A DNA stretch of 53,531 nt from positions 1 through 53,531 of IMG/VR virus record IMGVR_UViG_3300025141_000131, one strand, 5' to 3'. A model generated the notes under the pieces. That model was not told where the DNA came from. It made no database searches and worked only from the letters and a program-made list of their open reading frames with translations. Shown piece after piece: positions 45,347-53,531 of this stretch. The position numbers were made by a program, and so were the translations under genes. This stretch comes from a virus (lineage: Duplodnaviria; Caudoviricetes). Positions within the stretch are counted from its first letter, which is position 1; each line of letters begins with the position of its first letter.

Positions 45347-48300
45347 ATGAACGGTAATAAATTAACAGTTGAACAGTATGAAAATAAACTGAGAACTGAT
45401 ATTAATACCCGTGGATATAGCGAAGAATCAATTCAAAAATATATCGCTGAATACAAGGAGAAATTAAGAGTAGAGAAAGAAGCAGAACAACTAGCTGTTG
45501 AGGAACAAGAGGAGAATCAAGGAGGCGAGGTAGTAGAAGTTCCACCTGGTCATGATATAGATCCTAATAGTAAAAAGCGTATTCTGAAAGAAGAGGCGAT
45601 AAAAATGGGTATAGACTATGAAGAAAACACTCAAGGAGGGTTTGTAACGGTAAAAGAAACAGATATAATAGACTATATTGCTCCTAAAGCACACAAAAAG
45701 CTAGATGAGTTTAAAAGTAAGAAATTTGAAGAGTCTTTAAACAAAGAAGATATTAAAAACAACGCTGCTAATATTTTATTTAAAACAGATATACTTGACA
45801 CTTATGATGCTAAAGCTGAAATGTCAAAAGAAGATCGAAATAAATATAGTGCAGCTTCACAAAACTACAAAAATGCTTTCAAAGCTGAAAATTTAAAGAA
45901 ATTTAATGAGTTTAAAGGCAAAAAATCAGGCTTTGGTGCTTCAAAAGAACTTGCAGATGCAGGGATTTGTAGTCCCTATGGTGCTAATTTAACTGATTGT
46001 TTAAAGAAAAAACTTGATAAAGATTCTGGATATTTAAAATTAATACGAGATCATACATTAAAATATAAAAGTGAAGATGAATATGATGACTATCTTAAAG
46101 GACAGTTAGGTGAGAATTATGATAGGTATACAGAGTGGAAAGCGGGGAGTGAAGTAGAATTTTCTGATAAAGAATTATTAGAAGGAAAAAAGAAAGCTTT
46201 TCAAGATAAACTTTATTTAGAGTTTAGAGAAATGGATGATGTTTTTGGGGGAGAAAAATATGACGAACAACTTAAAAAAGCTATATATTTAGCACTAAAA
46301 CCTGAACTTGATTCTCAAGCAGAACAACAGGAAGGGTTAAATGCAATGGGTGAGGTTATAAAAGAGGATAAAAAAGCAATAGAAGATAAATTTAAAGCTC
46401 TACAAAAACTAGAAAAACCCTATGTTGATAAATTAACTGGTTTTACAAATAAACTTAAAGAAATTGATTTAAAAGAAGAAGATTATTTTAATTTATCTAA
46501 AGCTGAATATGATAAAAAACTTGAAGACTATAATAGTATAGTCACGGAATATGAAACGGTATATGGCGACTATGAAGAACTAGATTTTAAAGGAAAATAT
46601 GATGTTCTTATAAAAGAACAAGAGAACTTTAAAGGTTTAATAGAAAAATTTAATAGTGATATAGAAAAGTTTGCTAAACCTGGTATAGATAAAGCTAACA
46701 TGATAGCTAAAGCAGCTGGCATGGACTACTCCTTGACAGGAAGAGCGGCTATGGCATTAGAAGACTTTTTTATAGGAGGGTTTACTAATTTTGCTCGTTT
46801 AACTCAAGGAGTGGGATTGAAGGTAATAAAAAATTTAACAAATAACCCTGCTAGAAAAGCAGAAATTGATCAGAGTATAGCTGTAATAGAACAAAATTTA
46901 GCTAATTACAATAGAAGATTAGCTCACAAAAGAGAGATTACAATTCCTCCTTCTTTAACTTTAGATAATGTAGGGGATGGAGCTAGTTTCTTAGATTATA
47001 TGGGAGAAGCTTTAGCTGATAATAGTCCATCTATATTAACTACATTTATACCAGCAGCTGCAGCTATTTCTGGAGGAATAAGATTAGGTGCTGCGGTTGG
47101 TTTTGGTGCAAGACGAGCAGCTTTAATGGCTAATAAGACTTATGGTTTGTATGCAATGAGAGCTTCACAAGGAATATTCTTTGCTGGGGAATCTGGAGGA
47201 AAATATGGAGAACTTTTATCTACAGAGTATGATATGCGAGATAGAATAAAAGATATAAATACAGCGCTAGCTAGTGAGGGTTTAACTCCAGAACAGAGAG
47301 ATCAATTAATATTAGAAAAAGAAGAGCTTGATAATGATTTAACAAATAATTTTAGTTTTGCTCAAAAAGCTTGGTCATCTTACGGATATGGTGGAGTAGC
47401 AACAGTAGCAGAAACAATGGGATCGTTAAAATTAGTTCAAGGAGTTAATGCAACTGCTAAAGGATTAGGTAAAACAATAGCTAAAAAGCATTTATATACA
47501 AACTCTGCCAACTTTGCGGGTGTTTTAGTTAAAGGAACAATTAAAGGATTAAGACCTGCTATTACAAAAGCTATGCCTAGTGAAGTATTTGAAGAAGCCT
47601 TTACTCAAATAGGTCATAACGCTATAGATATTGTAGCATTAAATGAAGATAAAAGTTTATTAGAAGGATTAAATGCGGATTTCTTTGTTAAAACCGCTAT
47701 AACATCTTTTGCTATTATGGGTCCAACTACCATGGCAAATACAAAAAATATTCTTACCAATGAATTTAAAACTAGAGATGATATTATAACTAATAAAAAA
47801 GATGTAAATGAATTAATAGTTATTCAATCTAAATTAGATAAACTAAAAGGTCCTGAATTAAAAGAAGCTTTAAAAAGAAGAAAACAATTAGTACAAAAAT
47901 TAGCATTCCACGATGCTATGACGCTTCAAAAATTAAATCACTTAAGTCCTGATCAAATAAGAGAAGCTGCTGACTTAGCTAGACAAAAAAGAGTTTTAAA
48001 CAGTAGAATGAGATCTTTAAGTGCTACTGGTGATACACAAAGTCAAGACTTTAAAGATGCTGAAGCTGGTATAAGAGATCAATTTGCTGCTATATCTGAA
48101 AAACAAAACGAGCTTTTAGGTGCTAAAGATAGAAGTACTCTAGCTAAAATGACTGATTTAAATACTAAATACGGATTAACAACTAATTTAGATTTACAAT
48201 ATACTTTAGGTTTAAATGATTTCGCAATGGACGCTGCAATGACTTTATCAGATAAAAACAAAAAGTTTACTGTAATAACTGAAGCTGCTTTTGGTGATCC

Positions 48301-51300
48301 TAATGCGATGAGAGGAGAATTACAAGCTCAAGGATATTCAGCGGCAGAAATTGATGCTGCAGTAGAAAGTTTTAGTGGTGATGCACCAGCTAATGGGTTG
48401 TATACTATTAATGGAGATATTATAATTAATGAAGGAGCAATGAATCAAAGAATGCATGGAGCTTCTGGAATAGCTGAAGCAAATTACGCAGCTGTTGCTC
48501 CATTAGAAGAATTGTTTCACGCAACTGTTGCGGCTAAAGGTTTAAAAATAGATGGTAAATTAAAAGGTGATGCTGCTGCTGCGACACAAGAGTTAATGGA
48601 TTTAGTTGATGCTAAAAAAGAAACTGGGGCGATTAATGATGAAGATTATACAGCGTTAAAAGAAAGAATAGACATGTATAAACAAAACGGTGAATACAAC
48701 TATGAAGAAATGTTAGCGCAAATAAACAATGCAATGGCTATAGGTATTCTTAATGAAAGTGATTTTCAATCTATTCCATCTTTAAAATCTTATCTTAATA
48801 GTGCTATAAATAATGTATTAGGAGATTCTGCATGGATGTTAAAAGTAGAAACCGCAGCGGATGTCTCTACTTTTATGAAAAACTATCGTGCTAATACTAT
48901 TGATGGTGGTACAAGACTTAGTGCTGGAGGAGATGAAGCCGCTCAAACAGAACAAACACAGGAATCTAAAGGTAAAGAAATTGCATTACCTGTAACTGAA
49001 AGCGATAGAATAAATGCTATACCAAATATTAGAGAGAAAGCAAAAGAAGAGTTAGATGCTATTGATCAAAGGTTAGATGTATCTCAAATTACTAAAGATA
49101 CAACTTTTGAAGAATTTAGAACTCAACAAGTTCAAGATAACCAAGTTGATCGTAGTGTGTTTGATGAAAATAGAACTCAAGCAGAACGAGCTTTTAATAA
49201 TTATCAAGATACAATAGTAGAAGAAGCATCGATACAAGAATCAAAAGGCAAACCTCTTACAATGGAAGATCAAATAGATCACGTTTTTTCAAAGAACTCG
49301 GGATTAGGTAACTTTGATAGATTATTAGAAGAAGAATTTGCTAAGAGTCCTCACACTAGACACTTGGCAGCATATGCTAAAAAGCACGGACTGGATACGG
49401 ACGCGTGGTTTTGGAAGGTTGATTGGGGCGCAGGTGGAAGAGATTTAGAGGTTCCAGGATATAATGCTCTTGTAACAAGAAGGAAGAAAGTAGATGACCT
49501 TTGGATGCATGACATTGAGTGGTTAAGAACTGAACTTAAAAAAGCAAAAGGTGAAAATAAAGAAAATCTTGAACTTGCAATAGAAGAAAAGTTTAAAAGA
49601 CTAGGTCCAGAAATAATTCAAAGTGCTGGAATTGATATTTATACAGGCAAAGATATTGGTACAGCACCAACACAGGTTCAAGAATCAAAAGGTAAAGCTA
49701 TAGAGACAAAAGATTTACCAGAAAGTACTCAGACCTACATGGAGTTAGATAATTCTATATTACAACAAGCTTTAGTATCTGAAATTCAAAATAAAGGAGA
49801 AAATAGATTTCCTATTGCTCAAGCTATTGTAGAGAAAAATTGGCCTTTAATTAGTAAATCTTTAAATATAAATTCGCAGCAAGAAATGGAAGCTGCTAAA
49901 GAGGTTGTTATTGATCAAATGCTAGGTCAATTTGAAGGATCAGGTCAAGGTAAATATGGATCTAGAAATACTAGTTTGTTAGGTGGTTTTTCATTAGACC
50001 CAGCGGGTCCTCCTGCACAAGTTAGTACTTATTTAGCAGAAACTGTTAGAACTAGAAAACCTGAAATCGACGCTGCTATAGCAGATAGAGTGGGTAAACA
50101 AGGTACAGATTTAAAAGAAGCTATTACTACTACTGTAGAAACCACGGAAACAACAGAAAAGGCGAAAGTAGTTAAAAAACCTAGTGAAACCACGGGGTTA
50201 GATAAAAAAACTGAAGCTACAATAACCGAGGCAATAACTGATTCATATAAAGGAAAAGAAGTTACGTTAGCAGAGACAAGAAATATACCTAAAAAAGTAG
50301 CAGGTGTTTATGCTGATATGTTTGGAATAAATCCTCAAACTATAATAGATAAGAAAAGAAATTTCCAAAAGAAAGATGCTGAAGGTCTTACAAAGGCGAA
50401 ACAATTTTTACTTAAAAATGCTAAAGATGATTTTGCTCGTTTACCAAAAACTGTAGACGCTTCAGGTAAAGGTACTTTTATACCTAAGAACGTAAGAGAC
50501 GCTTTATATACTGATGGTGAGTTAACTGGTACGTTAAAAGATTACTTAGATCTAATTAGAACTAAACCAACCAAGCCTATATATAGAGATAGAACTGCAC
50601 AAACTATTAGAGGTTTGTTAGGATTACATATTAGAAATCGTATATTAGAAACTACAACTTCAAAACCTAAAAGAATTAAATCTGGGGCAATGTTTAGTAA
50701 AGGTAAAAAAATTAAGCCTCTTACTAAGGACCAAGTTGAAATTTATAATAAATTATTAGAAACTGCAGGTAAGCCCCAAGCTAGAGAAGCAGCTGGTATT
50801 GATAAGGTAACTATTACTAACGAAAACAGACCGGATATAATAAATAAACTAGACCAACTAGTTGGAGATGATGAAGTAGCAATTAATCCTCTTGTTCTTG
50901 ACTCTATGGGGTCGGCAGGTGCAGTAAGAGCTACTTTAGGTAAAAGAAATAAAGAAGGAAAAGAACCTGCTGCAACAAAAAAACTACGTAAATGGCTTGA
51001 AGATAATAATCGGAAAAAAGACCTAAAAAACCCTGATGTTTATTGGTACCAAACAATTGATGCTGCTGGAAATATTGGTTATGTAAAAGGTACTCCATCT
51101 AAGAAAACTCCTGGCGCATGGAGTGCACCAAGCTTGCCAAGGTTAAAAAGGTTAAAAAATAAAGGACTTAGCTTAGTTCCAGGGAGGAATAAAATATTTT
51201 GGGGTAAAGAGGATCTAAATTTTAAAACACTCAAGAAAAAAGCTGTAAAAACTTACAAGAAAAAACACGGTAAGAAACCTCCAAAACCAAAAAAAGTTAA

Positions 51301-53531
51301 CGTTAATAGAAAAAACCCTAACAAGGTTTTTAGTAAAGCTAATCAAGAGATAGGTAAAGCTAATGTTGCGATAATGGATGACATTATAGATGATTTACAA
51401 TCTGGAGTGTCAAAAGGTTTAATATCAACTGACTTAGCAGCACAAATAATAGAAAATGGTTATCAAGCAACTGATGGTTTTATAAAAGTAGCAGCTCCAT
51501 TTACTTATAGATCGGATAAATTTGAACATGGAAAAGGTGATAAATATAGTAAAGGTGTTAAATATAGGGAAGAGCATAATCCTCCAGCTTCAACTATAGG
51601 TGGAATGTTAATGTATGCTGTAGCAACTGGGACTTATGGTAACATAAAACCTTTTGTTCATAAAAATTATACTCAAACTTTATTATCTAAAAAAGATGAT
51701 GAAAAGGTAGATAGATTACATGCAAGTGTTATGCCGGACTATACTACAATTGAAATGTTTTGGGCAGCTGATTTATTAGATAGTAAATATGATGGAGTTA
51801 GATATGCAGCGTCAGATTTAGATTTAAACAGTATCAAAAATATGATTAAGAAGGGGAAGCCTTCTATGGCTGAAGAATTAACTATTCCTATTGAAAATAA
51901 AAGTGATACAAATTTAGAATCTATACGTTATCAGAATGAATTAATAGTAGAAAGTAAAGGTAAACCTATAGCTTTAGATAGGAAAAAATTAAAAGTAAGT
52001 TTACCTACTCAGAAAGCTAAATCAGTACAAGCTAAAACTAATGCTAAAAATTTTGATGTCATATTAAATGACGACCAAAGATCTTTTGAACAAAAAGAAA
52101 TAATGATGCATTCATTAGGAGCTAAGATACAAGCTAAAAAAATAAACAAACCCACTAAAGGTATTAGTGTTTTTGATTTTGATGATACATTAGCTATGAC
52201 AAAAGAAAGAGTTATAGTATTGTTAGATGGTGTAGAACAATATACAATATCTGCTTCAGAGTTTGGTAAACATGCTGGTAGAATGATGTCTGGGAATAAC
52301 CTTAAAAATTCTAGAACTTGGGTGGGTAATACGGTAAGTTTTGATTTCAAAAACTTTGAAAATGTAGATATGAAAAGTAAAGAAGGACCATTAGCGGATT
52401 TAGCAAGAAAACGTCAGGGTAAGTTTGGTAGTGGTGATATATATATATTAACAGCGCGTCCTCAAATTGCTGCACCAGCTATTAAACAATTTTTAGATAC
52501 TATAGGTATAAATATACCTTTAGAAAATATAACTGGTTTAGAAGACGGATCTCCACAAGCTAAAGCTGATTGGGTGTTAAATAAAGCAATGGAGGGTTAT
52601 AATGATTTCTATTTTGCTGATGATTCTAAAATGAATGTAGAAGCGGTTGATCAAATTTTAAAGCGAGTTGATGTAAAATCTAAAGTACAGCAAGTAATGA
52701 TGAGTAAAGGTAAAAAACTTGATGCAGATTTTAATACTCAAATAGAAGAAGTTACTGGGAAAGAAGCTTATAAAAAATATTCTCCAGTTAGAGGAAAATT
52801 AGAAGGTAAAAGAAAAGACGCAGGTTTATTAAAAAGATTTATAAGACAATTTACTATAACTCCTTCAGCAGAAGACTTTATGGGATTAATGTATGATCTT
52901 ATGGGAAAAGGCGAACAAGGTAATAAACACATGGCTTTTATTAAAGATAATTTAATTGATCCTTATAATAAAGCTGAACAAGAAATATTATCTGCTAAAG
53001 TTGCAGTTGCAAATGACTTTGCAGCTCTTAAAAAGAACTTTCCTACTCTAAGAAGTACTCTGAAAGGTAATCCTTTGATGCAAGAAATAGGCGTAGGACC
53101 ATATACTAGATCTCAAGCAGTGAGAGTTTATAATTGGGCTAAACAAGGATTAGAAATTCCTGGCATGTCTAAAGCAGATGTAAAAAGATTAGTAAAAGCT
53201 GTAGAAGCAGACGCTGAATTAAATGTTTTTGCTGATGAAATAGGATTAATAAATAAAGGTAAAAAATATCCAGCTCCAGGTAAAAACTGGTTAGCCGGTG
53301 ATATTACTACTGATTTAATGCAAAATATAGATCAAGTTCTTAGAAAAGAATTAATGACTGAGTTTAATGAAAATGTAGATATTATATTTTCTAAAAAAAA
53401 TAAGAATAAACTTAGAGCATTATATGGAAATAAATGGGTTGAAGCTTTAGAAGATTCTTTAAGAAGAATGAAAGTAGGAAGTAATAGACCTGTTTATGTT
53501 GGTGGTGGGGCTAAAATAGTAAATGAAATGC
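45347..53531 (+). CDS. giant multidomain internal virion/polyvalent protein, >2700 aa, truncated by the window end
   Basis: Starts MNGNKLTVEQY; same frame checked at about ten internal points and at the end (...GGGAKIVNEM); absent from the track because no stop is reached; zincin-like and HAD motifs. Confidence 0.88.
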   Translation, partial: MNGNKLTVEQYENKLRTDINTRGYSEESIQKYIAEYKEKLRVEKEAEQLAVEEQEENQGGEVVEVPPGHDIDPNSKKRILKEEAIKMGIDYEENTQGGFVTVKETDIIDYIAPKAHKKLDEFKSKKFEESLNKEDIKNNAANILFKTDILDTYDAKAEMSKEDRNKYSAASQNYKNAFKAENLKKFNEFKGKKSGFGASKELADAGICSPYGANLTDCLKKKLDKDSGYLKLIRDHTLKYKSEDEYDDYLKGQLGENYDRYTEWKAGSEVEFSDKELLEGKKKAFQDKLYLEFREMDDVFGGEKYDEQLKKAIYLALKPELDSQAEQQEGLNAMGEVIKEDKKAIEDKFKALQKLEKPYVDKLTGFTNKLKEIDLKEEDYFNLSKAEYDKKLEDYNSIVTEYETVYGDYEELDFKGKYDVLIKEQENFKGLIEKFNSDIEKFAKPGIDKANMIAKAAGMDYSLTGRAAMALEDFFIGGFTNFARLTQGVGLKVIKNLTNNPARKAEIDQSIAVIEQNLANYNRRLAHKREITIPPSLTLDNVGDGASFLDYMGEALADNSPSILTTFIPAAAAISGGIRLGAAVGFGARRAALMANKTYGLYAMRASQGIFFAGESGGKYGELLSTEYDMRDRIKDINTALASEGLTPEQRDQLILEKEELDNDLTNNFSFAQKAWSSYGYGGVATVAETMGSLKLVQGVNATAKGLGKTIAKKHLYTNSANFAGVLVKGTIKGLRPAITKAMPSEVFEEAFTQIGHNAIDIVALNEDKSLLEGLNADFFVKTAITSFAIMGPTTMANTKNILTNEFKTRDDIITNKKDVNELIVIQSKLDKLKGPELKEALKRRKQLVQKLAFHDAMTLQKLNHLSPDQIREAADLARQKRVLNSRMRSLSATGDTQSQDFKDAEAGIRDQFAAISEKQNELLGAKDRSTLAKMTDLNTKYGLTTNLDLQYTLGLNDFAMDAAMTLSDKNKKFTVITEAAFGDPNAMRGELQAQGYSAAEIDAAVESFSGDAPANGLYTINGDIIINEGAMNQRMHGASGIAEANYAAVAPLEELFHATVAAKGLKIDGKLKGDAAAATQELMDLVDAKKETGAINDEDYTALKERIDMYKQNGEYNYEEMLAQINNAMAIGILNESDFQSIPSLKSYLNSAINNVLGDSAWMLKVETAADVSTFMKNYRANTIDGGTRLSAGGDEAAQTEQTQESKGKEIALPVTESDRINAIPNIREKAKEELDAIDQRLDVSQITKDTTFEEFRTQQVQDNQVDRSVFDENRTQAERAFNNYQDTIVEEASIQESKGKPLTMEDQIDHVFSKNSGLGNFDRLLEEEFAKSPHTRHLAAYAKKHGLDTDAWFWKVDWGAGGRDLEVPGYNALVTRRKKVDDLWMHDIEWLRTELKKAKGENKENLELAIEEKFKRLGPEIIQSAGIDIYTGKDIGTAPTQVQESKGKAIETKDLPESTQTYMELDNSILQQALVSEIQNKGENRFPIAQAIVEKNWPLISKSLNINSQQEMEAAKEVVIDQMLGQFEGSGQGKYGSRNTSLLGGFSLDPAGPPAQVSTYLAETVRTRKPEIDAAIADRVGKQGTDLKEAITTTVETTETTEKAKVVKKPSETTGLDKKTEATITEAITDSYKGKEVTLAETRNIPKKVAGVYADMFGINPQTIIDKKRNFQKKDAEGLTKAKQFLLKNAKDDFARLPKTVDASGKGTFIPKNVRDALYTDGELTGTLKDYLDLIRTKPTKPIYRDRTAQTIRGLLGLHIRNRILETTTSKPKRIKSGAMFSKGKKIKPLTKDQVEIYNKLLETAGKPQAREAAGIDKVTITNENRPDIINKLDQLVGDDEVAINPLVLDSMGSAGAVRATLGKRNKEGKEPAATKKLRKWLEDNNRKKDLKNPDVYWYQTIDAAGNIGYVKGTPSKKTPGAWSAPSLPRLKRLKNKGLSLVPGRNKIFWGKEDLNFKTLKKKAVKTYKKKHGKKPPKPKKVNVNRKNPNKVFSKANQEIGKANVAIMDDIIDDLQSGVSKGLISTDLAAQIIENGYQATDGFIKVAAPFTYRSDKFEHGKGDKYSKGVKYREEHNPPASTIGGMLMYAVATGTYGNIKPFVHKNYTQTLLSKKDDEKVDRLHASVMPDYTTIEMFWAADLLDSKYDGVRYAASDLDLNSIKNMIKKGKPSMAEELTIPIENKSDTNLESIRYQNELIVESKGKPIALDRKKLKVSLPTQKAKSVQAKTNAKNFDVILNDDQRSFEQKEIMMHSLGAKIQAKKINKPTKGISVFDFDDTLAMTKERVIVLLDGVEQYTISASEFGKHAGRMMSGNNLKNSRTWVGNTVSFDFKNFENVDMKSKEGPLADLARKRQGKFGSGDIYILTARPQIAAPAIKQFLDTIGINIPLENITGLEDGSPQAKADWVLNKAMEGYNDFYFADDSKMNVEAVDQILKRVDVKSKVQQVMMSKGKKLDADFNTQIEEVTGKEAYKKYSPVRGKLEGKRKDAGLLKRFIRQFTITPSAEDFMGLMYDLMGKGEQGNKHMAFIKDNLIDPYNKAEQEILSAKVAVANDFAALKKNFPTLRSTLKGNPLMQEIGVGPYTRSQAVRVYNWAKQGLEIPGMSKADVKRLVKAVEADAELNVFADEIGLINKGKKYPAPGKNWLAGDITTDLMQNIDQVLRKELMTEFNENVDIIFSKKNKNKLRALYGNKWVEALEDSLRRMKVGSNRPVYVGGGAKIVNEM

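Noticed and set aside
52175-52189. DFDDT as the DxDxD catalytic motif of a crAss-type virion RNA polymerase
   Set aside because: It is DxDxT and is followed by HAD motifs II-IV; no RNAP motif was recognised in the visible part
7840-52350. Minus-strand ORFs within the structural arm (e.g. 13528..13908, 29562..29915, 52009..52350) and plus-strand 887..1090, 1934..2143, 6953..7165
   Set aside because: Antisense shadows of real genes, or low-complexity non-coding DNA
45337-53531. Apparent 8-kb gene desert or stop-codon recoding
   Set aside because: It is one plus-strand frame running off the window; other genes translate full length in the standard code

Overview
An AT-rich fragment of a tailed dsDNA phage (Caudoviricetes), podovirus/crAss-like in gene order. 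The host is probably Bacteroidota/Flavobacteriia, inferred from A-rich leaders without Shine-Dalgarno motifs. There are two divergent arms. (1) About 1-7030, minus strand: an early region with an ATP-dependent DNA ligase, about 20 small ORFs and five copies of a bipartite promoter-like motif. It also holds a dense set of non-coding RNAs: a tRNA-Met(CAT), a 99-nt RNA that looks like the tRNA-like domain of tmRNA (G3-U70 Ala identity) with no tag ORF, two more D-armless tRNA mimics and four unassigned structured RNAs. (2) 7335-end, plus strand: fibre proteins, phage groEL-groES, small proteins sharing an S-P-hydrophobic motif, a zincin, a holin, terminase, portal, scaffold, major capsid and tail proteins, and a small nucleotidyltransferase. 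It ends in a >2700-aa ORF (45347 to beyond the window) that the ORF track missed; this carries zincin-like and HAD phosphatase domains punctuated by six SKGK motifs. The best candidate for an undescribed system is the mini-tmRNA/tRNA-mimic array. All calls come from motif reading and manual base pairing; no database searches were run.
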